Of a DNA stretch of 64,000 nucleotides, positions 22,291-33,400 are shown one piece after another (within the stretch, counting starts at the first letter, position 1; the number at the start of each line of letters is the position of its first letter). The notes beneath the pieces were generated by a model that had not been told where the DNA came from, did not search any database, and worked only from the letters and a program-made list of their open reading frames with translations. This DNA is from an uncultured candidate division Zixibacteria bacterium. Lineage in GTDB: Bacteria; Zixibacteria; MSB-5A5; RBG-16-43-9. The position numbers and the translations under genes were made by a program. Location: contig OY970208.1 in the NCBI GenBank assembly GCA_963713865.1, positions 1,600,001 to 1,664,000 of the forward strand, read 5' to 3'.

Positions 22291-23187
22291 ATGAATAAAA
22301 GGTTTTTAAATTATATATGGGTAATAGTCATTTCTCTCCTCTTTGATCTGGTTTTTATAAATCTGGCTTTTGGTGAGGGAAAAAGGTTAGTCAGAACAGA
22401 ACACTATTCTGTCCCTGCACGGTTGAATCAGGGATTGTCGTCAATACCTTTTTCCAGGGAAGTCACTAACCACCTAAAGCTTGTACAGTCCGGGGAAGAA
22501 GGGCAATTCCTATATGGACAGAACTTGCAAAACGAGAAAGAAAAAGGCTCACTCTGGGAGGATGAGTTTCAGAAGACCAGCGGAAGAAAGTCTACCAAGA
22601 AAGCTATGCTCCTTTCGTTACTCTTACCAGGAGCGGGGGAGCTATATGCAGGTAACAAAACCCACTCAAGGATATTTTTAGGGATAGAAGGGTCTATCTG
22701 GGGCAGCTTTTTTGCTTTCAGGACTTATGGTTCCTGGAAGAAAAGAGATTATAAAGGTTTTGCGGCTTTGCACGCTGGGGTGAGTTTAAGTGGAAAAAAT
22801 GACGATTTTTTCGAGGATATAACCTATTATAGTAACCGGGATGAATATAATCAATTTGCCAGATTATATAATGGGGATCAAGCGATAATCTATCCGGAGA
22901 ATGATTTCTGGAACTGGGAATGGGATTCTCAGGATTCCAAGGGGCACTATCGGGAATTACGTAATCAGAGTAAATCAGCTTATAGAAGAGCCTTATATAT
23001 GGTAGGCTTAGCAGCTTTAAATCGAGTAGTGAGTGTCCTGGATGCAGTTCGGAGTGTGAAGAAATTCAATCGTATGCTCGGCTCAGAATTTTCATCTGCC
23101 GATCAAACCGGTTTAAAATTAAGCCTGGATGCTAATTTATTTGGCAAAAATCCTCATTTCAGCTTCAGTTTAAGTAAAAGCTTTTAG
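22291..23187 (+). CDS. Exported/membrane protein, DUF5683-like
   Basis: SLLLPGAGELY, WNWEWDS and SVLDA motifs. Confidence 0.6.
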   Translation: MNKRFLNYIWVIVISLLFDLVFINLAFGEGKRLVRTEHYSVPARLNQGLSSIPFSREVTNHLKLVQSGEEGQFLYGQNLQNEKEKGSLWEDEFQKTSGRKSTKKAMLLSLLLPGAGELYAGNKTHSRIFLGIEGSIWGSFFAFRTYGSWKKRDYKGFAALHAGVSLSGKNDDFFEDITYYSNRDEYNQFARLYNGDQAIIYPENDFWNWEWDSQDSKGHYRELRNQSKSAYRRALYMVGLAALNRVVSVLDAVRSVKKFNRMLGSEFSSADQTGLKLSLDANLFGKNPHFSFSLSKSF

Positions 23188-23220
23188 CTTTTTTATAAAA
23201 TATCCGCCCAAGGCGGGAAA

Positions 23221-24192
23221 ATGAAAATCGATATTGTGAATAACTCCTTTCAAAAGTTAATGTTTTTCTGCCTTTTTATTTCGATGGGTGGTTGTGCTTC
23301 GGTCCCTTCCTGGCAGGTAGATAAAGATACCACATATTCATCTCCTAAAGGGGTTATACCCGTAAAGGTCATAGGAGAAGGCGAGTTAGGCTCGACTGAG
23401 CTCAATCAGCCTCAAGGAGTGGTTATCGATCCAGCCGGGAATCTTTATATAGTTGATTCTGGAAACAATCGAATAGTAAAGTGCAGTCAGGAGGGAGATT
23501 TTCTTAAAGAGATCGGTGGGTTTGGATGGGATAATGGGGAATTCAATCTTCCCAGCTACATCACTATGGATAATGGTCTCTCTCTTTATGTTACTGACAC
23601 CCAGAATAAAAGGGTCCAGAGGTTAGATAACTATTTGAATTTTATTCAGTCGATAAGTTCAAATAATCAGGAGAAGCCTTTTGAAAATAGTCAGCTAAAA
23701 GGGGTAGCTTTATCCAGAAGCGGTGAGCTTTTTTTAGCAGATGCGGAAAACGATTGCATAATTAAACTGGATAATCAATTTGCTTTTCAACAAAAATTTG
23801 GTGGTTTTGAATCTGGTTATGGAGCCCTTAACGATCCACAAGGGATATCAGTTGATACTCGAGGGAATCTCTATGTGGCTGATTCAGGTAACGATCGGAT
23901 TGCCGTATATGATTCTTTTGGGAATTTTCTCAAAGAGCTTGGCAGAGGGCATCTAAACAGACCATATGGTGTAGAGGTAAGTAGAAATGGGGTAGTATAC
24001 GTGGCTAATACTTTTGGGGATAATCTGGTAGCCCTGGATGAAAACGGTAAAATCCTTTTTAAGTTCGGGAAGAGTGGGAGAGGAGAGGGGGAGTTTTCCA
24101 AACCAAAAGATTTAAAAATCTATGAAGGTAAAAAAATCTGTATCGTAGATAGTGGGAATAACCGGATTCAAATATTAGAATTAGTTGAGTAA
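23221..24192 (+). CDS. NHL-repeat beta-propeller, probable lipoprotein
   Basis: Repeated P.G...D..GNLYV.DSGN.RI; GGC lipobox-like site. Confidence 0.8.
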   Translation: MKIDIVNNSFQKLMFFCLFISMGGCASVPSWQVDKDTTYSSPKGVIPVKVIGEGELGSTELNQPQGVVIDPAGNLYIVDSGNNRIVKCSQEGDFLKEIGGFGWDNGEFNLPSYITMDNGLSLYVTDTQNKRVQRLDNYLNFIQSISSNNQEKPFENSQLKGVALSRSGELFLADAENDCIIKLDNQFAFQQKFGGFESGYGALNDPQGISVDTRGNLYVADSGNDRIAVYDSFGNFLKELGRGHLNRPYGVEVSRNGVVYVANTFGDNLVALDENGKILFKFGKSGRGEGEFSKPKDLKIYEGKKICIVDSGNNRIQILELVE

Positions 24193-24201
24193 AAAAGGCA
24201 G

Positions 24202-27200
24202 ATGATACTCTTTTTGGACAGATATTCTGGAATAGCTCTTATCGGTATATTTATCTGTCTGACTACTTCTGATCTTCAGGGACAGCTTTTAGTAAAGAAA
24301 ACTGAAATCAAGTTAAAAGGGGAGGAGACTGCTGGTCCATTTTTTCTCTCAAAAAATTATATCCTTATACATACAGAAAAAGTTTTGAAGGATAGTATTA
24401 TTCTGGAAAGAGAAAAAGATTATATTATCGATTATAATAAAGGGCTCCTCTGGCTTTTTATGCCATTAGAAAAAGACGACACTCTAACAGTAAGTATTGA
24501 GGAGTTTTCATCCGGGATTAAGAAAAGATATTTTCACCGGGAACTTTCCTTTGACCAGGAATCTTTTAATTCAAATGGAGGTCTGATCTACCTCGGGCGG
24601 ACTTCTACATATCCTCTGGATCTTTCTGGTGAAAATTTATCCAGCAGAAAATCTGGTTATAATTTTAAAAAGTCGATTTCGCAAATACCACGGGATAAGG
24701 CTTTTTCCTCCAGTCTTCAGATCTCGGGAAGCAAGAGTTTCTCCCTGGGTTTAGGTAACTCTGATGATTTTTCATTATCTCAGGGGTTAAATCTTACAGT
24801 TTCTGGAAATTTGACCAAGGAGGTTAAGGTCTTAGCCTTGATCTCAGATCAAGGTAAAGGAGGAACCCCGGCTGGTACTACTAAAAGGCTGGAAGAATTA
24901 GATAAGATCTTGATGCAGGTTACCTCTCCCAATTTTAATGGGTTCTTAGGTGATCAGTATCTTACCCTGGAGGGGAATCTTGCTGGCAGATATGAGAAGA
25001 AATTGCAGGGAGCTTCATCTGAGGTAAAATTCAAAGAAAATAGTTTATCTGTTTCCTATGCTTCCTCCAGAGGGAAATATTTTCATAACATCTTCTCAGG
25101 AATGGAAGGGAAGCAAGGTCCCTATTATCTTAAAGGAGAAAATGGAGAAAGGGGAATTCAGATTCTTCCAGGAACAGAGAAGGTTTATCTGGATGGCGAT
25201 CTTCTGGAAACAGGTTCGGATAACGATTATACCATGGATTACCTTAGAGGTGCGATTTATTTTTCATCTACCCGGCTGGTAACAGGTGATTCAAGAATCA
25301 GGGTAGAATTCGAATATTCTGACCAGAGCTATGAGAAAAGTTTCTATAACAGCAAAGCAGAGTTTAATCTGTTTCAAGGTAAGCTGAAGCTTAAAGGTCT
25401 TTTTATAGATGAAAGGGATGATAAGGATAATCCATTATCATTGGCTTTTTCTTCGGAGGACAAAAATATCTTAAAGAATTCAGGCGAGGATAAAAGCAAA
25501 GCTTTTAAAGATGGAGCTCAGTTCGCAGGAGAAGGGAAAGGAGATTATATCCTTTTAGCTGATTCTTCAGGGAATCCATATTATCAATATGCTGGAAAAG
25601 ATAGCGGAACTTATCTGGTTTCCTTTAGCTGGGTAGGTGCTTCAAAGGGGAGTTATGTCTATAAGGGTGGAGGGATTTACAGTTATGTATATCCGGGCAA
25701 TGGTGATTATCTGCCGGTGATATTTCTGCCTTTACCTTCAACTCATTCCCTTCTGGATTTGAGTCTGGATATTAACCTATTTCCGGGGTTTTCATCCGAG
25801 ATAGGCTGGGGCTTGAGCAGAAAAGACCTCAATTCATTTTCGGATTCGGGAGATGAGGATAATTCAGGAAATGCCTTTCTTTTTAGAACAGGACTGGATA
25901 AACAAAACCTATCCGTTTTCGGTCATAACCTCTCCAAACTGAAGTTTGAGGGATTGTATAGAAATCTTGGCGAAAACTACCAACCTCTGGGAAGACTGGA
26001 TGAAATAGAAAAGGAGAGGGTCTGGGGTTTTTCGGATGATTCCACAAAAGGTTCGGAAAAAGTAATAAGATTTAAAAGCGATTTTTCACCAGTTGAAAAT
26101 CTAAGCCTAAACACAGATCTGGGGGTTCTTAAAAAAGGTGATTATTTTGAATCCAGGCGCAGAAGGTTTGAGATTGCCCTTCGCCCTTTCAAAAACTTAG
26201 AAACTAAAGGTTCAACTGAAAATATAAAAAGTAATCAAAAAGATGAACTAATTGACCGGGCTGGAAGTTGGCAGAGAAGGAATTTTTATCTGGAACACAG
26301 ATGGAAAAAGCTCAATACTCAACTTGGCTGGCAGAAAGAGATGCAAACGTTTACTCCACAGGATTCAGCTTTTATAAATAAAAAATATGATGAGCTGAAA
26401 GGGAAGATGAGTTTAGAATCGAGCAGATTATGGGGTGTATCCAGCCAGTTAGTTTATCGAGACGAAAAAAGAAAAGATATTTCCTGGAGAAAAGAGTCGA
26501 ATTCCTATACCTGGCAAAATCGATTAGCTTTAAGAGATTTTAAAGAGGTATTTTCTTCTAATCTTGAACATATATACCGGGAAAAAAATCTTAAATCCGG
26601 AGATAAGACCAGGGGTAATCTGGGGGTTTTGAAATTAGATTATTATCCGATTAATCAATCTATGATTTTGAATCTTTATTATTCAGTCAACCAGTTGGGC
26701 TCGGAGAAAAGAGTAGATAATTACCTGGAGGTAGGGGAAGATAGAGGGGAATACCGGCTTGAGAATGGGGAATATGTTCCTGATCCAGATGGGAATTTTA
26801 TATTACAAAGGGAGATTTTAGATGAATATCTACCCGGGGTAAAATTAGATAAAAGCTGGAGATTGGTTTTTAAACCGGGTAAACTTTTTACCAGAGGTAA
26901 ATTTTTAAAGGAATTTTATACTGATACTTTTATCAGGTCCTCTAATCAGATCTCTGGCAGAGTAAACTGGAGTAGTTTTCTTTTAAACCCTTTCAGCGGA
27001 GGTTCTGCTAAAGAAACAATCCTTAAGGATTGTTTCTGTAGTCAGGACCTTTACCTTTTCCCTTCTGCCCCTTTGAATCTCAGGTTAAGATGGACTCAGG
27101 ATAAAAAAGAAAATCTACTTCTGCTCTCCGGAAAAGACAGAGATTATAAAACCGCTCTGTCCGCTCTTTTTCGTTACAGAGTATCTTTCAAAAATCTTTT

Positions 27201-27657
27201 AGAATCGGAAATCTCTCAGGAGAGAAGAGAAAGGGAGAAATATTATTCTGATTATCTTATAATCGAGGGGAGAAGCCTGAAACTTAACTTTACGCGAAGA
27301 GAAAAGAACTCCCTGGAGATAACTTTAGCCACTAAATTGAAGAGGGAAGTTGAAAAAGAGCTTGGGCTTCAAGTTTACCTATTTGAATTTTCACCCAAGC
27401 TTTCCCTTTCCTTTCTTGGACAGGGAAAAGTTCGCTCTGAGTTTGGTTGGTCAAAGGTTAGCTTTTCACCTGCAGATGAAATATTACCCTGGGAAATGGC
27501 AGAAGGGAAAAAAGAGGGTAATAACTATTCCTGGATTTTAGGTTTTGATTTTAAACTAAATCAAGGTTTTTCAGCTAATTTTAATTATTCGGGGTTAAAA
27601 GAACCGAAAAGAGAGATGAAACACAATGGTAAATTTGAGGTCAAAGCTTATTTTTAA
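24202..27657 (+). CDS. Large probable outer-membrane beta-barrel protein of unknown function
   Basis: ISGSKSF, EGKQGPY, GTEKVYLDG and DYTMDY motifs; amphipathic strands; C-terminal aromatic residue (KAYF). Confidence 0.6.
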   Translation: MILFLDRYSGIALIGIFICLTTSDLQGQLLVKKTEIKLKGEETAGPFFLSKNYILIHTEKVLKDSIILEREKDYIIDYNKGLLWLFMPLEKDDTLTVSIEEFSSGIKKRYFHRELSFDQESFNSNGGLIYLGRTSTYPLDLSGENLSSRKSGYNFKKSISQIPRDKAFSSSLQISGSKSFSLGLGNSDDFSLSQGLNLTVSGNLTKEVKVLALISDQGKGGTPAGTTKRLEELDKILMQVTSPNFNGFLGDQYLTLEGNLAGRYEKKLQGASSEVKFKENSLSVSYASSRGKYFHNIFSGMEGKQGPYYLKGENGERGIQILPGTEKVYLDGDLLETGSDNDYTMDYLRGAIYFSSTRLVTGDSRIRVEFEYSDQSYEKSFYNSKAEFNLFQGKLKLKGLFIDERDDKDNPLSLAFSSEDKNILKNSGEDKSKAFKDGAQFAGEGKGDYILLADSSGNPYYQYAGKDSGTYLVSFSWVGASKGSYVYKGGGIYSYVYPGNGDYLPVIFLPLPSTHSLLDLSLDINLFPGFSSEIGWGLSRKDLNSFSDSGDEDNSGNAFLFRTGLDKQNLSVFGHNLSKLKFEGLYRNLGENYQPLGRLDEIEKERVWGFSDDSTKGSEKVIRFKSDFSPVENLSLNTDLGVLKKGDYFESRRRRFEIALRPFKNLETKGSTENIKSNQKDELIDRAGSWQRRNFYLEHRWKKLNTQLGWQKEMQTFTPQDSAFINKKYDELKGKMSLESSRLWGVSSQLVYRDEKRKDISWRKESNSYTWQNRLALRDFKEVFSSNLEHIYREKNLKSGDKTRGNLGVLKLDYYPINQSMILNLYYSVNQLGSEKRVDNYLEVGEDRGEYRLENGEYVPDPDGNFILQREILDEYLPGVKLDKSWRLVFKPGKLFTRGKFLKEFYTDTFIRSSNQISGRVNWSSFLLNPFSGGSAKETILKDCFCSQDLYLFPSAPLNLRLRWTQDKKENLLLLSGKDRDYKTALSALFRYRVSFKNLLESEISQERREREKYYSDYLIIEGRSLKLNFTRREKNSLEITLATKLKREVEKELGLQVYLFEFSPKLSLSFLGQGKVRSEFGWSKVSFSPADEILPWEMAEGKKEGNNYSWILGFDFKLNQGFSANFNYSGLKEPKREMKHNGKFEVKAYF

Positions 27658-27658
27658 A

Positions 27659-29200
27659 ATGAAAAAGATTAATTTTTCTTTTATTCTGGGGATGCTCTTT
27701 ACGTTTTGCTTTTTTAATACTGGATATTCTTCTGAAGTGAAGGACAGGATTAAAGAGATCCAGATCAGCGGGAACCAATTTTATGACTTAAATAAACTTC
27801 GTTCCTGTATGAAGCTTAAGCCAGGCGATTCTTATTCAGATAAGCTTTTAGAGAAAAGCACGGAAGCTATTTTAAAGCTATATGATGATAACGGATTTCC
27901 ATACTGCCAGATCGATTTTGGGGATTTTAATTCGAGGGTAAATCCAGATGATGCTTCTCCCTGGCTTTCTTTTAAACTGAAGATAACTGAAGGTCCCCGG
28001 GTGAGAATACGTAAAACGGAGTTTGAAGGGAATAGATATACCAAAGAAGAAGTTTTAGAAAGGACGATAGCCATTGATAGCCTGGACTATTTTTCTCAGA
28101 AGAGACTGGAGGCAGGATTATTCAGGCTTCGCCGGCTTTATTTTATAAAGGAAGTTAAAAGCGCAGAGCTTATGCCAGAACCTGATCCCTCCTGGGCTGT
28201 TCTGAGCATAGAAGTGGAGGAGAAAAGACAGAACAGCGTCTTTGGCGTTTTAGGTTATGTCCCCTCGGTCCAGAATCGCAAAGGCTATTTCAGCGGAAAA
28301 CTGAATTTTGTTTTTGACAACATCTTCGGAACCGGGAAAAGAGCTGAGATCGACTGGAGCAAAAAAGACCCGTATTCTTCTGACCTTTTATTCTCTTACC
28401 GTGAACCATACCTCTTCCAGCTGCCTTTAGGCTGGGAATTGAACTTACGGCAAATAGATTATGATTCGAGTTATTTAAAGTTAGAGTTGAACACTTCTCT
28501 TAGTTATTTTCCAAAAGAAAAAATTATCTTAGGAATCTCTACGGGCTGGGAGAGGACAACTGCGGATGAAAGGTTGAAAAACAGTTTCCCTTCCAGCCGG
28601 AAGTATAAAGCCGGTGTTAAATTTTGTTTAGATTTATTAGACTTTCCGGTTAATCCAGGCAAAGGATTCTATTACCAGACCGAGATAATCTATGGAAGGA
28701 AAAATTACTTATCCACACCGGAGTCTAAGCCAGCAGAACTTTTAGCTTATGAGGCCAGAGTATTGATGGATTTAGATAACTTCATTCCGGTTTATAAGGA
28801 CCAGGTATTAGCTTTATCTTTTCATTTGCGGGAGATCAAAAGCTCAGAGGAAAAAATCTCTATACCGGACTTATTCTATTTAGGAGGTCTTAATTCGCTG
28901 AGAGGATACCGGGAGGAGGAATTTTCAGGTGATAAGCTTTTCTGGTCAAATTTAGAATACAGATTAATCTTAAGCTCAAACTCGCGAGCATATCTTTTCT
29001 GGGACTATGGATATTTCAGTCGCAAGTTAGAAAATCCTTTAACGAAAACTCTGTATGAGGTTTCAGGGAGTAAATCCGGATTCGGGTTAGGCTTGAAAGT
29101 TGATACCAGACTGGGAGTATATGAAGTGGATTACGCCTTAGGGGAGAAAGACAGGTTCTCAGAAGGGAAGATTCATTTCGGGATTTCTAATCGTTTTTAA
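27659..29200 (+). CDS. BamA/TamA (Omp85) family outer membrane protein with POTRA domains
   Basis: POTRA-like ISGN, Y..NGFP and EGN motifs; LGGLNSLRGY; C-terminal F. Confidence 0.85.
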   Translation: MKKINFSFILGMLFTFCFFNTGYSSEVKDRIKEIQISGNQFYDLNKLRSCMKLKPGDSYSDKLLEKSTEAILKLYDDNGFPYCQIDFGDFNSRVNPDDASPWLSFKLKITEGPRVRIRKTEFEGNRYTKEEVLERTIAIDSLDYFSQKRLEAGLFRLRRLYFIKEVKSAELMPEPDPSWAVLSIEVEEKRQNSVFGVLGYVPSVQNRKGYFSGKLNFVFDNIFGTGKRAEIDWSKKDPYSSDLLFSYREPYLFQLPLGWELNLRQIDYDSSYLKLELNTSLSYFPKEKIILGISTGWERTTADERLKNSFPSSRKYKAGVKFCLDLLDFPVNPGKGFYYQTEIIYGRKNYLSTPESKPAELLAYEARVLMDLDNFIPVYKDQVLALSFHLREIKSSEEKISIPDLFYLGGLNSLRGYREEEFSGDKLFWSNLEYRLILSSNSRAYLFWDYGYFSRKLENPLTKTLYEVSGSKSGFGLGLKVDTRLGVYEVDYALGEKDRFSEGKIHFGISNRF

Positions 29201-29225
29201 CATATAAATCATTACTGTCTTCGAG

Positions 29226-30059
29226 ATGGAAAGAATTAAAAGCTATTTTAGTTTAGTCCGTATTCAGAACAACTTTATCACCTTGGTCTCGGTATTATTA
29301 GGTGGTTTTGTAGGTGATGTATCTTCCTGGTTAAAATTGATTTTAGCAGCAAGCTCAGCCTTTTTTATTTCTGCTGGAGGTTATGCTCTAAACGACTATT
29401 TCGATTTAGAAATTGATAGAATCAATCGTCCACGACGGGTCTTGCCAGAAGGGCTTATCTCTCCAGAGAGGGCACTTTTATTCTCTATTTCTCTTTTTGT
29501 TTCAGGTTTTATTTTAAGTCTTCTTCTTAAACCTATTTCTGTGGTCATGTCAGTTGTAGCCATAATATTTCTCTCACTTTACAGTGCCAGATTCAAACGT
29601 GAGCTTCTGATTGGGAATATAACTGTCAGCCTTATATGTGCTCTGACTTTTATCTATGGTGGAGTTTTTTCTTATAATCCTGAAGTCTCTTTTATCCCGG
29701 CAATTTTTGCTTTTCTTTTTCATATGGGCAGGGAATTGGTTAAAGATATGGAGGACCTGGAAGGGGATAAAGCTTTAAAATCCGAGACTTTTCCAATTGC
29801 CTACGGGATAAAAAATTCACAATTGTTAGTTATTGCCATTTTTCTGATTTTAATCATCTTGACTGTTTTCCCATATAGACTGAACATCTTTTCCATATAT
29901 TATCTGATACTAGTTTTGGTTATGGATTTGATTCTGTTCTATATTATACTCTCCTTGTGGAACAATCCTTCAAGAGAAAATTTAAGTTCTTTAAGCCGGC
30001 TTTTAAAATTTGAGATGCTCTTAGGGCTTCTGGCGATTTTTACCGGTAAATTGATTTAA
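29226..30059 (+). CDS. UbiA prenyltransferase, DGGGP synthase-like
   Basis: NDYFDLEIDRINRPRR and RELVKDMEDLEGD motifs. Confidence 0.75.
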   Translation: MERIKSYFSLVRIQNNFITLVSVLLGGFVGDVSSWLKLILAASSAFFISAGGYALNDYFDLEIDRINRPRRVLPEGLISPERALLFSISLFVSGFILSLLLKPISVVMSVVAIIFLSLYSARFKRELLIGNITVSLICALTFIYGGVFSYNPEVSFIPAIFAFLFHMGRELVKDMEDLEGDKALKSETFPIAYGIKNSQLLVIAIFLILIILTVFPYRLNIFSIYYLILVLVMDLILFYIILSLWNNPSRENLSSLSRLLKFEMLLGLLAIFTGKLI

Positions 30060-30432
30060 ATGTAGTGGAGGTCTTCAGACCTCCATTGTAAAAATAAAGT
30101 TTGAGGAAAGAGAAGAAATGGATGACTAAAGTCTCAAGGCCTTGATAGCCTTCCTCTACATTTTTTTCGCAGTTTTTCATAATGCTCGGTAAATTTCTGC
30201 GAGAAGGTAACTTAATATAAAATAAAGAGTTAAAAATTAGTTTCTTATTTTGAAAAGCAAAACCCTGCATCTTTTTAAAGTTAAGTTTTAAGTTCTACCC
30301 CTAATACGTTGCATTGTAAATAGATAGCCCTCATTCAATATTTTAAATATTGTTCTTTTCCTGGCACATTTTTTTATTATATTTACAATATAACTAATTA
30401 GTGTTTAGTGAACATTTTTCAAGGGGTGAAAA

Positions 30433-33400
30433 ATGAAAAAAGCGATACTACTTTTGGGTGTCTTCTTGTTTGCTTTTAATCTGACAACTGGGAAGGACTT
30501 AAAAAGTGTAAATCTATCTCTGGAATCTCAAAAGAATATATACGTCCCATCTGGAGATGTTTGTGTTCAACAATTGGTTCACAAAGAATCTAATCTTTGG
30601 CTAACTATTACAAACTGGGGTCTTCTGGGTAGTCTGGCTGGTTCGCTTAACGATTCAGAAACAGGTCTACCCGCACCTTCTGCAGAGTTTCCTGGTGGAT
30701 CTGATCTGGACTATCTTTATCAGGGGGCTATCTGGGTTGGAGGAGTGGTGGAAGGGGAGACTTTAGTTTCGGTAGGAACTGATGGCTGGCTTATGGATTA
30801 TGAGATGTCTCCGGATGTCTGTCCTGAAGGAGGGATAAAGAAACTCGATGAGTTTGGAGACCAAGAATTTTTAGCAGTCTATGTTGATACACTGCCTCCT
30901 TCTGCCTGGGATCACTGGGAACCTTATGAATATAGATACCACAAGCCTTTAAATGTTGAAATCAGCCAGCACAGCTATTCCTGGATAAGTCCACCTTATG
31001 ACGATTTTGTTCTCCTGGATTATACGATTAGAAATTTCGGGGACAAGTTCATATCTAAGGCTTATATCGGGTTTTATATGGATACGGATATATATCACTT
31101 ATCAAATGCTGATTCAGGTTATAGAGATGACATTACTGGTTATGTTGAAAAAACAATTGGATTGCCTGAAGGAGTAAAAAAGATAGATATGGCCTGGGCG
31201 GCTGATAATAATGGGGATTTAGATAAAGGTCAAATCACTCAAAGAAGTCCAATCGGAGTTTTCGGGTTCAAGCTTTTAGGTTCTTCCAGCCTAGAGCCTA
31301 CAATATCTTTTAATTGGTGGGTATGTAATGGTGAGGATCCAGATAGCTTAGATTTTGGACCCTGGGAAAAATCTAATTGGGATTTATGGAATAATACTTA
31401 TGGTATCTGGTGCGAAGGTGGTAAAGGAACTCCCTGTGGTGATCGGGCGAAGTATTTCTTGATGTCCAATGGAGAATTCGATTACGACCAGATCTATGCC
31501 TGTATCGATCAGAGCGATTCCGGCTGGTTGCCACCACCAGCCATCTGTGCAGATTTAGCCGATGGGTATGATACCAGATTTCTTTATTCATTTGGACCTT
31601 TTGATATTCCAGCCAAGGATAGTATTAATTTCGCAGTCGGGATAATAATGGGGGATAGTCTTCACATAGGGGAAACTCCTTTTGATAATCAAAATCCGCA
31701 AGATTTTTACTCCAAACTAAATTTCGATGACTTGATTTTTAATGTTATTATGGCTCAAAGAGTTTTTGAGTCAGGTTATACTCTGCCACCGCCGGGTCCA
31801 CCAAGAGATTTAAAAGCTCTGAATTTGTCTGATTCAACCTTGCTTTTGTCCTGGTCTCCCAAAAAACATCATGATTTAAAAGGGTATAATATTTACAGAA
31901 GCTCGATTTCAGGTGAATATTCAGATATTCCAATTAATTCTGAGGTAATTAAAGATACTTTCTATCTTGATAATGGATTGGTTGAAGGTGATACCTACTA
32001 TTATACCATTGTAAGCATGGATGAGATTGGCAAATCCGGGATAGGATCCAGAGAGCTTGAAGTCTTAGCTGGAAAGCCTGTGCCTCCAACTGGTCTGGTA
32101 GCTGTTTCTGATAATAAAGAAATTTGTTTAACCTGGAAACCTCATCCTGAAAAAGACATTATAGGATATAAAATTTATCGAAAAGAGGAAAGAAAAGGAT
32201 ATGAGTTTATCAAGGGGACAGGTTTATCAGGTCTGGATACTAATTTCTGTGATAAGAATATAGAAGATGGAGTAGTCTATTATTATGCCGTTTCAGCAAT
32301 GGATAGAGAGGGCTTGGAAAGTTTTCTTTCAAATAGTGTTAGTGCCTATATAATGGCTTTTGACCAGGGTATTCTCTTAGTGGATATGACTAATCCGGGT
32401 GGTAGTATATTTGTTCAGGATGATAGCGTTAATGCTTTTTACAATCGCGCATTACAGGGCTACCCTTTTATTTACTCAAAGCATGATCGATTTTCGATTC
32501 AGTATATCCCTCTTAAAGAATTAAGTCCTTATCCTGTTTGTATTATCCATTCAGAAGGGAGATTTGGACCATTTTACAGTAACTTTGATAGTACTCTGGT
32601 AAATTTAAGACTCTATTTGAATGCAGGAGGTAAATTAGTTTTAATCGGTAGGAATATAATCATATATCCTTATTCTGAGTGGGTAATCACTAATTCGTTT
32701 AGCAAAGGTGATTTTGCTTACGATATTTTGCATCTAAAAAAAATAATTCTACCATTCTGGGCCTGCGGATTGGAGGAATTTATTGGGACTCATTCCACTT
32801 TAATATCTGAATTTTCTGATTTAGAGGTTGATACAGCCAGAGTAAACCGGAGTTATCCAAAGAGTTCGTGTGATTTGCAGGGGGAACTTCCTGTGATAGG
32901 TTATTTTGTTCCCCTGTATCCGGAAGAAGTGATTTATAGCTTTAATTCAGCTTACGATACATCTGATTTTGAGGGAAAAGCAATAGGGATGAGGTATATC
33001 GGGGACGATTATCAAGTTTATTTCTTTGATTTTCCTTTGTATTATATCAAGGAGGAGCAGTCAATTCCATTATTACACAAGATATTAGAGAAGTTCGGGT
33101 TTTCTCCCACTGAGGTTGGAGAGGAATTTGTAAGTATTCCTGAAGGTTTTTCTCTGGAGCGAAACTACCCCAATCCCTTTAACCCCACCACCACCATACC
33201 CTTCACCGTTTATGGTTCGCAGTTCATAGTTCATAGTCCCGTCCGCACCACCCTCACTATATATAATATACTGGGGCAGAGAGTGAGGACACTGGTAGAT
33301 GAGGATAAATTACCGGGGAGATATGATATCGTCTGGGATGGAAAAGATAATTCAGGGAAAGAAGTAGGAAGCGGGATATATTTCTATCAGTTGAGAACCA

